In this document: piece by piece, positions 31,553-41,950 of the stretch
Layout of the letters: every line of letters starts with the position of its first letter
Numbering within the stretch: the stretch's first letter is position 1
Assembly (NCBI GenBank): GCA_964549615.1
Contig: CAZJVP010000011.1
Span: 32,001 to 96,000, forward strand
Origin: an uncultured Thermococci archaeon
Lineage (GTDB): Archaea > CAYQAE01 > CAYVLA01
Direction of reading: 5' to 3'
DNA length: 64,000 nt
Made by a program: the position numbers and the translations under genes
Notes under the pieces: model-generated
The model's database searches: none
Told to the model about the DNA's origin: nothing
Seen by the model: the letters and a program-made list of their open reading frames with translations, nothing else

Positions 31553-31940
31553 CGCTAAGACCATTCCTTGGCCGCAAGACTCGATCGCGGCCCGCCCGAA
31601 TTGAGTTCGGGGTTTAAAAAGATGCCGGTGCTGCATTGCACGGCTGCGCTTGCCATCGGCCCGCTTGTTGGCTTGGATGGATGCAGCCGCCTCGATGCCA
31701 GCAGGCCGCTGAAAAGGCGGAGGCCCTTGCACGAGCGCACACCTCCACACCCTCAACAACAAGCATTTCGTGCCGTTGAGGTCGCTTGGTTTGAAGCTTC
31801 TTGAAAGGTGAGAATCTCGGCCGGCAGAGAAGCCCAGACCCGGCCGATTCCTGCGGGACGGCGATCTTGCACTCAAGCCATTCACCAAAGCAAACCTCAG
31901 GGTCCAAAGATATTAGAGCAGTCGCACCGCGCGTTGGTCC

Positions 31941-32930
31941 ATGCAGAGCCGCAGACTTGGTAAGACCGGCATGCGCGTATCTCGCCTTTCCTTCGGAGGG
32001 CTTTTCGTCTCGAGGGTCGGGGGGAACTACGATCAAGCCCGTGCCGCCCTGAGAAGGGGCCTAGAGCTTGGGGTCAACTATTTCGACACCGCGCCAAACT
32101 ACGCGGACAGCGAAGAGGTCATAGGAAGGGCCATGGAGGGGGTAGAGTCTCACTATTACCTGTCAACGAAGCTTGGCGGCCGCCCGAGCCCTTTTGATCC
32201 GCGTAACAAGGACCACCTGAGAGCAAGCCTGCTGAAGAGCTTGGAGCTTCTCAAACGTGACAGCGTCGACATCCTCATGATACATGAGCCGGACCGGCCC
32301 GGCCAGTATGACTGGTTCGAGAGCTGGAACCCGGTGGCGGGACCCGTATGCGAGTTCCTTAAGGAGTGCAAGGAGGAAGGCACCATCCACTACACCGGCC
32401 TTGGCGGCACGACCGTCCACGAGATGGCGTACCTCGTCAAGCACGGGGAGTTCGACGTCCTGCTGACTGCATTCAACTACAGCCTGCTGTGGAGGGAGGC
32501 GGCGGAGGGCCCAATCCCGGCTGCGGAAAGGAAAAGGATGGGCATCATAGCAGGGTCGCCGCTGCAGCAAGGATGGCTCTCGCGGCGCTACGACGATGTT
32601 CTGCGACATCCCCCGCCTTGGCTTTCCCCCGTCAGAAAACGGCAGCTGCTGCGGCTTTACGACCTCTGCGACGAACTGGATATGCCGATTGCCGAACTGG
32701 CCCTCAGGTTCGTCCTTTCCAATCCCCTCATCGACACCGTGTTGATGGGGGCTCGGTCCGTGGAGGAGGTGGATATGAACGTGCAGGCAGCGGAGCGGGG
32801 TCCGCTCCCCAAGAGTGTGCTAAGGGAGCTCGACAGGATATACCAAATGGCTCCTTACCGACCCTGCGAGGAGCCCATGTCCTGCGCCCTGGCCAATCCG
32901 TCGTACCGCGGCCCGGGATGGCTACGCTGA
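31941..32930 (+). CDS. Aldo/keto reductase
   Basis: LGKTG, FDTAPNY, STK, DILMIH AKR motifs. Confidence 0.92.
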   Translation: MQSRRLGKTGMRVSRLSFGGLFVSRVGGNYDQARAALRRGLELGVNYFDTAPNYADSEEVIGRAMEGVESHYYLSTKLGGRPSPFDPRNKDHLRASLLKSLELLKRDSVDILMIHEPDRPGQYDWFESWNPVAGPVCEFLKECKEEGTIHYTGLGGTTVHEMAYLVKHGEFDVLLTAFNYSLLWREAAEGPIPAAERKRMGIIAGSPLQQGWLSRRYDDVLRHPPPWLSPVRKRQLLRLYDLCDELDMPIAELALRFVLSNPLIDTVLMGARSVEEVDMNVQAAERGPLPKSVLRELDRIYQMAPYRPCEEPMSCALANPSYRGPGWLR

Positions 32931-32952
32931 TCGGCGGAGGGAGCTGGTCCGA

Positions 32953-33975
32953 ATGAAGGCTGCCGTTGTCACGAAAGATCGAAAGCTGCAAGTCATGAAC
33001 ATCTCCGACCCGCAGCCGGGCCCGTACCAGTGCCTGGTCAAGATTGATGCCTGCGCGATCTGCACCGGGACTGACTCGAACATAATCAGCGGGAACTTCC
33101 CATGGCTGGTTGAGACCCCGTTCGTGCTGGGCCATGAATCCACGGGGCTGGTGGTCAAGGTCGGCGAAAAGGTACGCAACTTTAGGGTCGGAGACCGCGT
33201 CACCCGCCCCGCCGGAATCCTCCCCGGCGAGAGGCGCGACGGCATCGGAAGCAACTGGGGAGGGTTTGCAGAGTGGGGCCTGGTCGTGGACACGGACGCG
33301 GCGAAGGCGGCCGGGCTTACCTGCTCGGGAATGATCGAGAGCAGCCGACGGTCGCTTCCCAGCGACGTGGACCCAGTATCAGCTGCCTTGTCTGTCAATC
33401 AAAGGGAGATACTGTCCGTTGTGGAGAAGCTCAGGGTCGGCCCGCAATCGCGAGTCGTCGTCCTTGGATCGGGCTATAACGGTTTGCTGTTCTCGCTCTT
33501 TCTCAAGACGGCTGGAGCAGGCTGCGTGCTGTTGACGGGGAGTGCGGGACGCGAGAGCTTGGCCCGCAAGACGTTCGAGGCGGACCTCTTTTTGGACTAC
33601 AAACAGGAGCACTCCGCGAGGGATATCGAACGATTGCTGGGAGGCAAGCCCGACTACGTCATAGATGCCGTGGGGACCCAGCGGTCAATGGGGCTTGCCC
33701 AGAGGGTTTTGGGACCCCAAAGCGTCTTCGGGCGATACGGGCTGCACGAGTTCGATCGGATAGGCCCATTGGCCGATCAGATCAGGAGCCGCCACAAGGT
33801 CTTGGAGCTATCGGCCGACGAAGTGTCGGCGACCGAGAAGTGGATTTGCCTGTGGAGGAAGGGATTCTTCGACAGGCCAGGGATGTGCGATGGGACCGTT
33901 CCTCTGGACGAGATCGGATCCGCCTTCGAGAGGTTGGCCCGTCGCGAGGCTTTGAAGTTGGTCGTCACCATGTAG
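32953..33975 (+). CDS. Zn-dependent alcohol dehydrogenase (MDR family)
   Basis: CAICTGTD, GHE, GDRV, GSG Rossmann. Confidence 0.9.
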   Translation: MKAAVVTKDRKLQVMNISDPQPGPYQCLVKIDACAICTGTDSNIISGNFPWLVETPFVLGHESTGLVVKVGEKVRNFRVGDRVTRPAGILPGERRDGIGSNWGGFAEWGLVVDTDAAKAAGLTCSGMIESSRRSLPSDVDPVSAALSVNQREILSVVEKLRVGPQSRVVVLGSGYNGLLFSLFLKTAGAGCVLLTGSAGRESLARKTFEADLFLDYKQEHSARDIERLLGGKPDYVIDAVGTQRSMGLAQRVLGPQSVFGRYGLHEFDRIGPLADQIRSRHKVLELSADEVSATEKWICLWRKGFFDRPGMCDGTVPLDEIGSAFERLARREALKLVVTM

Positions 33976-34252
33976 GTAAGCTTGCTTGGTGAACGCCTAG
34001 AACGTTCCGTCGTCCGGAGTGGTCGTCGCGCCCGCGCGGGGGCCAGCAGGGGATTCGAGCCGAGGGAGCAGGCGGTGCCCGTCATGTACAGGGCTGTGCG
34101 CCGTTGTCTTTTCCGGATCCTCATTCCGATCCTTCCTCCTGGCCGTGCTTTCCCTCGGGCAACTTATTTCGAACGTCTTGTGGGCCTCACCGCAAGCGGG
34201 CGACATATTCTGGCCCCGCCCAACTTCGCGCATTGGCAGATGGTCTCGGAGC

Positions 34253-35110
34253 TCAAGTCGGGGATGCGCCGGCTCGAGGCCCCCTGCGCGCATAGCCAAA
34301 GTAGATTAGCAACGTGCCTCCGGCTCCGAGCAGGCCTCCCATGGCCAACAATAACCTGGGCAACCAGGCGAGTATGGGGAATCTGGCTCCCAGTTGGAGT
34401 GTCGCATCCACTCCTCTTGACCCATCGGCGTTCATGATGACGATCGAGTAGTCTCCCGATCGGGGGATCCAGCTCATGGCGGCGGTCGGGGCTCCGAGGC
34501 CGGAGGCGAGCCAGAAAGTGGGTACGGTGGGAAGCTGTGACGGTGCCGTTCCATGCTGGAGCACGGTGCCGTCGAGCTCCAGCCTCACGTTCCATGGGCT
34601 GACCCTCCAATGATAGTCCACGGCATAGTCGTGCTGGATGTTGCCTAGGTAGGCCTTCGCGTCACCGTCCTTGGCGATGCCGACGAAGAGCTCCTTGGCC
34701 GGCGAGGTTCCATTGGCCTTGAGTCTGATCTCCACCAGTTTCCCCATGCCGAATCCTCTGAGGAACGGCGGGACATAGTCGTTCATGTCAAGGGGAACGA
34801 GGTCCACGAGCACCGCGTAACTCTCCGCGGACATCCTGCTCGTCTTGCTGACGAGGTAGCCGTCGGAGTCGCGTGGGTTGCCGCCCTGCCACATCAAGAA
34901 GATTCCCCCGGCGATCAAGAGGACAGACACGACTAGGAGTACTATGCCCAAGACCAATGCTGCCACTCTGAATCTTCCACCATGGGCGCCCAACCCCTTG
35001 CCGCAAGAAGGGCAGGTGGCGGGATCACCTTCCAATTCGGCTCTGCATCCTGGGCATCTCACGTCGGCGCAACCTGAACGGGGGTTTGCCTTCGGTGAAT
35101 CGCGAGGCAT
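34253..35110 (-). CDS. Membrane protein with N-terminal zinc ribbon and two TM helices
   Basis: CPGC...CPSCG, TM1, extracellular RDSDGY...VIMNADGS domain, TM2. Confidence 0.75.
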   Translation of the reverse strand: MPRDSPKANPRSGCADVRCPGCRAELEGDPATCPSCGKGLGAHGGRFRVAALVLGIVLLVVSVLLIAGGIFLMWQGGNPRDSDGYLVSKTSRMSAESYAVLVDLVPLDMNDYVPPFLRGFGMGKLVEIRLKANGTSPAKELFVGIAKDGDAKAYLGNIQHDYAVDYHWRVSPWNVRLELDGTVLQHGTAPSQLPTVPTFWLASGLGAPTAAMSWIPRSGDYSIVIMNADGSRGVDATLQLGARFPILAWLPRLLLAMGGLLGAGGTLLIYFGYARRGPRAGASPT

Positions 35111-35219
35111 TTAAATGAACTCCTGGCAGTCTTCGCGATCGCTTGACAATAGGGCATCCGACGGCGGGGCCCTTACTGGGACGCTCTTCGGAGCCCCGCG
35201 TGCGCGAGGCAGCCGAGGA

Positions 35220-35534
35220 TCAAAGCTTCTTTCCGCAGCCGCGGCAAAATCGAGCGCCTGGCGAACTAGCCTCGCCACATGCTTGGCAGACGACCATCCT
35301 CTTTGAGGTGGCTCTGCCGATCTCCTTCTTGGCAATCTCCAAGCCCTTCTCGATCTCCTTGAACGCGGCAGATACAGCCCTGTCGATCTCCTCCCTGACG
35401 TCCGCAAGTACGTCTTCCCAGGGAGGCCTGACGTTCTCCTTCCTGCCCTTGGGAGTTCGGACCCCGCACTTGGGACAGAACAGGGCGTCTTCGGGCAGCT
35501 GCGTTCCGCATTTCTCGCAGGAAGCCGTGTTCAT
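35220..35534 (-). CDS. Double zinc-ribbon protein
   Basis: CEKCG...FCPKCG and CQACG...FCRGCG flanking a helix; promoter GCGAAAGTTATAT upstream. Confidence 0.85.
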   Translation of the reverse strand: MNTASCEKCGTQLPEDALFCPKCGVRTPKGRKENVRPPWEDVLADVREEIDRAVSAAFKEIEKGLEIAKKEIGRATSKRMVVCQACGEASSPGARFCRGCGKKL

Positions 35535-35733
35535 CCCTCCCCTGCAGGGAGGACAGCCGCGGATATAACTTTCGCCCCGGGCCGGGCTCCAGGAACGTCT
35601 CGGACTTTCCCCCGCCGCAAAGGCTCGGGGAGGACCTCCGCAAGGTCAGGGAGACTTGGCAGGTATTGGCTGGCAAAGGCAGAGGACCCCCGTCAAAAGG
35701 CCGTTTTTCAGATGGTGCGAGCAATGGCCTCGC

Positions 35734-36468
35734 ATGGCGGTTCGGGATGATGACCTTGCTGAGTTTCGGCGGTCGGCCATTTGCCCGTCCAGGCTCCGCC
35801 TCTTCTGCTATTGCGAGTTGGCGGCCATGCTGGAAAGGCAGGCAGTTGGGATCGACCTCTGGCCTACCCGCGCGGCATTCCGAGGGTGCGTGAGCCACGA
35901 GGTCCATGCGAAAGAACAGATCCAGATCTCTGGTCAGCCTGAGCCTGTCGTGGTCTGGACAGTGGGTGAGGCAATGGACTTGCTAAGAATCACGATCCAC
36001 GAAGCGCTTCGAAAGCGAATCATATTGGCGAACTCGGCGGACATACGCACCTTCTGCACGATCGTGCCCCAGCTCGTGCCCGGAAGGGGATGCTATGGCT
36101 ATCCCGATGCACTCGACTGCCGGAACGGGACCATCCCGGTAATTGTCGAGGCCAAGTATGTTTCGTCTCGCTTGCCCGCCCGAACGCGGGCGGCCGACGA
36201 GATCCAGGCGGCTGCCTACCTAGCAGGAGTCATCGAGCTCGGCTTCGCGGACGCCTATGCTGAGATCATCTACAGGGATCGTTCCGGCAGGCAGACGCAG
36301 GTCGGGATGCCATATACAGCGGAACTCGAGCGCAGGCTCAAGGCAATTGCGAGGCGCTTTGATTCCGTGGAGAAAGGACTGGAGGATCCCATCCCTCGCG
36401 ACCTTGGCGCATGCCGTTTCTGCAGGTTCAGGTACGCGTGCGTGTATGGCAGTCGGTCCCTGGGCTAG
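35734..36468 (+). CDS. Stand-alone Cas4-like PD-(D/E)xK nuclease with Fe-S cysteines
   Basis: N-terminal FCYC, GxxxH, GYPD, VEAK, QAAAY, C-terminal CRFCRFRYAC. Confidence 0.8.
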   Translation: MAVRDDDLAEFRRSAICPSRLRLFCYCELAAMLERQAVGIDLWPTRAAFRGCVSHEVHAKEQIQISGQPEPVVVWTVGEAMDLLRITIHEALRKRIILANSADIRTFCTIVPQLVPGRGCYGYPDALDCRNGTIPVIVEAKYVSSRLPARTRAADEIQAAAYLAGVIELGFADAYAEIIYRDRSGRQTQVGMPYTAELERRLKAIARRFDSVEKGLEDPIPRDLGACRFCRFRYACVYGSRSLG

Positions 36469-36587
36469 CATTGTTGGTCGACTCCAGACCAGGATGCCTG
36501 ACAGCGGTGAACAAATCACAGGTCAGGTGCAAGGTCTGCGCATGCGATCGGAACCCTCGGACGAGCTAAATACCGATACCGAGCCGA

Positions 36588-36610
36588 CGGCAAATTTATG
36601 AGGTTTGCCG
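36588..36610. promoter_or_regulatory. Inverted repeat enclosing a TATA-like element
   Basis: CGGCAAA-TTTATGAGG-TTTGCCG. Confidence 0.5.
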
Positions 36611-36701
36611 AGCCCTCTAGATCGGGAGTCGGGTGGCCGCGGGGCAAAGGCTTCAGCCGCGATCCAAGCACAGTGTCCGTTGCGGGAAGCGCCTCGGAGG
36701 C

Positions 36702-36836
36702 ATGGGGTCCATGTTTTGGAAGGTCATCACCCCCATCTTGGTCACAGCCTTCGTTGTGGCCATGACGCTGTTCATGGCGATCGTCGAGGGCGCGACCGCA
36801 TCCGGATCCCGGGAATTGGGGCCGCGGGATCCCTGA
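36702..36836 (+). CDS. Small single-TM peptide (44 aa)
   Basis: GGAGG RBS; MGSMFWKVITPILVTAFVVAMTLFMAIVEG... Confidence 0.5.
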   Translation: MGSMFWKVITPILVTAFVVAMTLFMAIVEGATASGSRELGPRDP

Positions 36837-36859
36837 TGCCCTTGGATCAAGGTGGATGC

Positions 36860-37669
36860 CTAGGGCAGGTTCATCTCTCGGATCTCATCATCCGTGTAGT
36901 ACGGCGGCGGACGAAGGCTGAACCCGCCGTCCACGACGAGCTCGGCTCCCGTGGTGTAGCCGCTTAGCTTATCGGACAGCAAGAAGACGGCCGCGGGGCC
37001 GATGTCGGTCTCCAGGCGACCGGGACGTCTCAGCGGAATCGTATCCAGGACCGTTTTCTCCTTCTCCCTGTCCCGGGCAAGATGGGCGGACAGCCTGGTT
37101 GGGAAGTACCCCGGGGTCAGCATGTTGACCCGGATGCCGAAGGGGGCAAGCTCAACCGCCAGCACCTCCATGTAGGCTTTCAGGCCGGCCTTCGAGGCCC
37201 GATAGGCAGCCTCCCTGTACAGCGGTGCATGCGTGCAGGTGGAGCCCACGATGAGTATGCTGCCCCGGCCCTGGGAGATGAAATGCTTGGACGCCTCGCG
37301 GCATGCCCAGACGCAGGCGGAGAGGTTGGTGTGCATGGTGTTCACCCATGCCTCGGTCGTGACCTTGGAGACGGGCTGGTCCCAGTGGGCGCCGGCGTTG
37401 TTGACGTACATGTCCAAACCCCCGAGCCCCCTGATCGTCTCCTTGACCATGGATGTTACTTGTTCCTCTTTGCTCACGTCCGTACACAGCCGCAGGGCAC
37501 GGACCCCAGCGGATTCAATCTCGCGCAGCGTCTTTGGGTCCGGGTTCCGGCTAGCCACCGCTATGTGGACCCCCTCCGCGGCCAGGGCAAGTGCTATCGC
37601 GCGCCCGATGCCGCTCCCGCCCCCAGTGACCAAGGCTATCTTTCCGCCAAGTCCCGTGTCCATATTCAT
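36860..37669 (-). CDS. Short-chain dehydrogenase/reductase
   Basis: TGGGSGIG, NNAG, YRASK. Confidence 0.93.
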   Translation of the reverse strand: MNMDTGLGGKIALVTGGGSGIGRAIALALAAEGVHIAVASRNPDPKTLREIESAGVRALRLCTDVSKEEQVTSMVKETIRGLGGLDMYVNNAGAHWDQPVSKVTTEAWVNTMHTNLSACVWACREASKHFISQGRGSILIVGSTCTHAPLYREAAYRASKAGLKAYMEVLAVELAPFGIRVNMLTPGYFPTRLSAHLARDREKEKTVLDTIPLRRPGRLETDIGPAAVFLLSDKLSGYTTGAELVVDGGFSLRPPPYYTDDEIREMNLP

Positions 37670-38030
37670 CCTTCCAGCATCTTGACGATCGACGCCGCCT
37701 TTAGGTCGGAGCACGGGCGGTGCAAGGGCTATTCAGTCTTTCCGTCGCTTTGATATGCCGGCCGGTTAGGATGCTCTTGGCAGGCCAAACTCGGATCTTC
37801 CATCGATCCCGCATTAACGAAGCCTTGTGGCTAGGACCCCGGCAGGCCTCCCCCAACCATCAGCCTCCAGGGGACGATCACAAAGCGGGTTGTCGGCCCG
37901 AGTTTCTACACCGAAGGCCGATTGGAAGCAATCTAGCGATCGGCCAGTGGGACGCAACAGCTTCAAGCGCCATGTCAGTTTCCTGGCTGAAGATGCATGT
38001 AGCCCCAATCCGTATGGTCGAGGTGAGCAT

Positions 38031-40457
38031 ATGTCTAGAGGAGTTCCAAAGCGCAAGGGCGAAGCGGCGCCGGTATGGGCCGTAACTGTGCCGAAGCCGT
38101 CGCTGCGGGACGAGGCAGTGAGGGTCTGCCTTGCAGATCTGAAGATGGTTGGCAAGCGTTGTGGGCTGACGATCAAGGTCACAACCGATCTTGAGCTGCC
38201 CTCGTCAAACGCGATCATCGTAGGGGATCATTCCAGGAATCAAGTCACCAGGCAATTGCATGAGCGGGGAGTCTTGAGGTTACATGGGGCGGTCGGTGAG
38301 GAAGGATACGAGATCGTCACTCTCAGACGGGGTGGCAGAAAGACGATCGTGGTGGCGGGAGGATCGATCATCGGCGACGTGTACGGCCTCTATAGGATCT
38401 GGGACGCGATGCGCATCTTTGGCTGTCTCCCGACATTGAACCTGAGAGAGCAGCCCGAGCTTGCCATTCGCTACACCCGCATCCCGGTGAGGAACGAGGA
38501 CGACATCAGGAGGGCGCTTCGCTACAGGTTGAACCTCGTCTTCGGGGAAAATCCACTCAACCTCGTGCCATGGGATTCGCACCCTGAGGCCGAGGAGAAC
38601 GCAAGACACCGCGAGGAGACGAGGAAGCTGGCCAGGTATGCGCATTCGCTGCACATGAGGTACCTTGCGTTTGGCACCGAGTTTACCTACCACCCGTCCC
38701 TGTTGCGGGAGTTCGGTGCAAGCCTTTCGGTTGAAGACCCCAAGCTTTGGGATGCCGTGCGGGCCAAGTTCAGGAGGCTCTTGGAGGCCGTTCCCGAGCT
38801 CGACGGCGTAGAGACATTCCTTGGCGAGGAGCAGGCCTACTGGGGCGCTTACCGGACGTTCGACCCCATCCACGGAGACGAGGCGTGTGACTGGTCTCTA
38901 GAAAAGCGCTACCGCACCTTCGTGAAGGCCGTGTGGGATGTGGTCGTCGGCGAGTTCGGCAAGATCCTCTTCCAACGAACTTGGGTCACGAACGCCTACG
39001 AGCAGCACTCCCAACCCGATGTCTACCGCCGCATCTTTACCGAGGAGGTGCCTACCAGGAACCTTTACCTGGTTCCGAGCTTCACCCAGAACGACCGGTG
39101 GTGGTTCCAGCCCTTCAACCCCACCATCAACCAAACCCCACACGACATGCTCGTCGTGTGCGAGACGATGGACTACCACGATGGCGCCAGCTTCTTTCCA
39201 ACTTTCCCCGGGCTCTACTTCGCGGCGGGCTTTGAGCACATGCTGGGAAGAGGCCGGAGCAATCTGAAGGGCGCAAGCCTGGACATGCCAGCTGAGGAAG
39301 GCTGGGATACACGGAGCCTGACGGCCTACACCGTTTCCCGGCTGATGTGGAATCACAAGGAGGATCCTCGCGATATAGCGCGGGACTTCTGCGCCATCCA
39401 GTTCGGCAGGAGACCGGCCAACAGGATGGCCCACATCTTGCTGCTTTCCCCCGTGGCCTACAAGTACGGCCTGTACATCGAACCCGTTGCGTACGGCGCG
39501 TTCAGCTCCCTTCCGCACATACGGACGGGAAGCTTCGTGGCCGAGGGCTATCCGAGCATCGACAAGGGCCGGGCACACATCGAGTTCCTGAAGTCGATCT
39601 ATCTGCGATGTAAGCCGTGGATCCGCGAGACCATCATGTACCTTGACCACGGCCTCCTGACCGCAAGAGCTATGGAGCGGGCATTCTCCCCCGCCAGACG
39701 GACGTTCCGGGACCACACCCTTGCCGCCAGAGTCGGGAATTCCCTGAGGTTGATGCGCCTTCTCATCCAGACTAACAACTTCTACGTCAAGACCTCGTTT
39801 GCGTATTTCCGGTACAGGGAGTCGCCCACCGAAGCCAATCGCAAGCTATTGCGTACGCTGCATCGCAAACTGAAGGCCTCGATGGAGCAGTTTTGCGACA
39901 CGCCCGGGTGCATCTTCGAGCTCTTCGGTCCAAAACAGCTTGCGATCAACGTGTCAGAGATCCTGAAGGATCGTCGCCGCGCGGAACAGGCGCTGGCTAG
40001 CGCGCCTACGACGGAGGAGATCGAGAGAGAGGTGGCGGAGCAACAACGGCGCTACAGGGAGATCCTGGACAAGCACAGAGACAGGGCACAGAGGATTCTC
40101 TACTGGGAGGGAAGGGTCGACGGACAGGACATCATCTCCGTGAGGGGAAGCGATCTAGAGATCGAGCACTTGCGGTGGGACCCCATCTACATGCACAGCC
40201 ACAGCTTCGTGCAGCCCCTGCCGTCAAAGGTCGGCTCGGTCGTCATCGAGGATATCGAGTCGGAGCCCATGCATCCGTTCGTCCTGCAGCAGCCCAGAAA
40301 GGAGAACGGCTATACCGCAAAGGTCTACCTTAACGACGTTCCCGGGGGAGCGCACTGGGTAAGGTTCTACCTCTACTTCATCGAGGAGACGCCGGATGCC
40401 CTGGGGCTTCGCGTGCCTTGGGACCGGCCCGAACTTGAAGGGCGCGTGGAAAGCTGA
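38031..40457 (+). CDS. Putative glycoside hydrolase with GH67/GH115/GH20-type N-terminal domain
   Basis: EEGYEI...IVVAGGSIIGDVYGLY N-domain, TIM-barrel-like core, extra C-terminal WEGRVDG domain; ATG after GAGGTGA. Confidence 0.65.
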   Translation: MSRGVPKRKGEAAPVWAVTVPKPSLRDEAVRVCLADLKMVGKRCGLTIKVTTDLELPSSNAIIVGDHSRNQVTRQLHERGVLRLHGAVGEEGYEIVTLRRGGRKTIVVAGGSIIGDVYGLYRIWDAMRIFGCLPTLNLREQPELAIRYTRIPVRNEDDIRRALRYRLNLVFGENPLNLVPWDSHPEAEENARHREETRKLARYAHSLHMRYLAFGTEFTYHPSLLREFGASLSVEDPKLWDAVRAKFRRLLEAVPELDGVETFLGEEQAYWGAYRTFDPIHGDEACDWSLEKRYRTFVKAVWDVVVGEFGKILFQRTWVTNAYEQHSQPDVYRRIFTEEVPTRNLYLVPSFTQNDRWWFQPFNPTINQTPHDMLVVCETMDYHDGASFFPTFPGLYFAAGFEHMLGRGRSNLKGASLDMPAEEGWDTRSLTAYTVSRLMWNHKEDPRDIARDFCAIQFGRRPANRMAHILLLSPVAYKYGLYIEPVAYGAFSSLPHIRTGSFVAEGYPSIDKGRAHIEFLKSIYLRCKPWIRETIMYLDHGLLTARAMERAFSPARRTFRDHTLAARVGNSLRLMRLLIQTNNFYVKTSFAYFRYRESPTEANRKLLRTLHRKLKASMEQFCDTPGCIFELFGPKQLAINVSEILKDRRRAEQALASAPTTEEIEREVAEQQRRYREILDKHRDRAQRILYWEGRVDGQDIISVRGSDLEIEHLRWDPIYMHSHSFVQPLPSKVGSVVIEDIESEPMHPFVLQQPRKENGYTAKVYLNDVPGGAHWVRFYLYFIEETPDALGLRVPWDRPELEGRVES

Positions 40458-40531
40458 AGGCCCGCTGTGGGCAAGGAGGGCAAATGCCTCATCCAAGCTC
40501 CCCAGATAGCCTTCAGTTCGACTGCGCTCCG

Positions 40532-41920
40532 TCATACAACCCTGTAGGAGTAGAGCCTTGCATTGTAGAGGTAGAACTTCAGCTTGACGGGCGCCTCCCG
40601 GACCTCGGCCAGCGAATGCCTTCGCCAAGTTACCCTAGCGCGGCACGAGTCGGTCTGGATTGGGCGGCAGTCGTCTCTTCCGAAGCCTTTGACCGGCTTG
40701 TCGCCTTCGTCCAGGAGCTCGACGAGGATCCTGCCGTAGTCGGACTTCACATTGAGAACAAGCTGGTTCCCCGCAAGCCTGTACGGCCGCGTCGTAAGGG
40801 TCCCCCCGTCGTAGCTTGCGTTCACCGAGGCAAAGCCGTCCAGTCTGAGGGTTGCAAGGCCTATCGACATCGTCCGCGGGTCTTGGTCAGGCACGATCGA
40901 TGGGTCGTACTCCTTCGGCACCTTGGCGTGTCTACGCGAGGTGCCCCTGTAGTAGACGTAAAGCCTATCGCCCACCCTTACAGGCGGCGCGCCGGTGAGC
41001 AGTATCTGGAACCTGTCCCACTCGCCGACATCGCTAAGGGGAATGAGCGGTTCCCCCGGAACGCGCGCCCAGTTCTCGCCGTCCCGGCTGGTGATCAGCC
41101 TGAGGGTCTGCGTCTGCTGCTTGGGGCGTTTGTCGAAGTGGGTGAGGAAGCCGAGATACTGTTCGCTGTACACGAACCCCGTGTTGTTGTAAAGGCTCTC
41201 CTCCTCGTTCAATGCCCTCAAGAAAGGCTTGGGTGGCGTCCAGTGTACGAAATCCTTGCTGAAGCTGATCAGCCTGTCAACTCCTCCCCTCAAGAAGGCC
41301 ACGTAGCGCCCCTTGAGAGTATCGACCATCATGGACTGCGCATCTCCCACTGGGCCAAGGTCACGCCTTCCGGGGCGCGGGTGGTGGTGGAAGACCGGCT
41401 CGGCGGTGTGAGTCCAGTTCAGTCCGTCCGGCGAGGTGGCGGTGTAGATGCCCGACATCGGTCCGTCCCAGTCGTAGCTTGACCATCCGATTGCCTTGTA
41501 CCTTCTCTGCGGGTCCGGATCCATGGGGTCCTTGAGCATGGTCTCCCAGTGGTCCTTGCCCGCGTGATGGCTGGCTGGGATCACGATGTTGTTATCCCTT
41601 GACCCCAGCGCCTCGTGCAGCCCGAGCGCCGGTCGCTCCCAGTGCACTCCATCTCTGGAGATCGCATAGCATTGAACGTGCTCCTCTCCTGGAGCGTAGA
41701 AGCCGGCAAGGTACCAGGCCTTGAAGATCCGTTCCTCATCGTCGTAGATGATGGAGGCGGTCATGCCTGGATGTCTTTCCCAAGGCATCTCCTGCTTCAA
41801 GACGGGGCGGGTTCCATGTCTTGACGCCTGATGGAAAACCCTGGTAACATTCTGCATGAGCTCGACGTCCTCGTAGTCGACGAACAGCCTTGGCCGGTTG
41901 GAAAGCGCGGGCGGGTTCAC
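40532..41920 (-). CDS. Five-bladed beta-propeller glycoside hydrolase-like protein (GH32/43/130-like)
   Basis: SRDGVHW, SPDGLNW, SKDFVHW, SRDGENW repeats, GEWD, LATLRLDGF. Confidence 0.78.
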   Translation of the reverse strand: MNPPALSNRPRLFVDYEDVELMQNVTRVFHQASRHGTRPVLKQEMPWERHPGMTASIIYDDEERIFKAWYLAGFYAPGEEHVQCYAISRDGVHWERPALGLHEALGSRDNNIVIPASHHAGKDHWETMLKDPMDPDPQRRYKAIGWSSYDWDGPMSGIYTATSPDGLNWTHTAEPVFHHHPRPGRRDLGPVGDAQSMMVDTLKGRYVAFLRGGVDRLISFSKDFVHWTPPKPFLRALNEEESLYNNTGFVYSEQYLGFLTHFDKRPKQQTQTLRLITSRDGENWARVPGEPLIPLSDVGEWDRFQILLTGAPPVRVGDRLYVYYRGTSRRHAKVPKEYDPSIVPDQDPRTMSIGLATLRLDGFASVNASYDGGTLTTRPYRLAGNQLVLNVKSDYGRILVELLDEGDKPVKGFGRDDCRPIQTDSCRARVTWRRHSLAEVREAPVKLKFYLYNARLYSYRVV

Positions 41921-41950
41921 AAACGCACCTCCCCCGGGAAGCCCCGGGTG

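Noticed and set aside
35600-35615. GGAAAGTCC (minus strand) as RNase P RNA conserved region
   Set aside because: It is followed immediately by a promoter and a protein gene; no other RNase P elements.
35000-37000. CRISPR array near the Cas4-like gene
   Set aside because: No regularly spaced direct repeats seen here or elsewhere in the window; no other cas genes.
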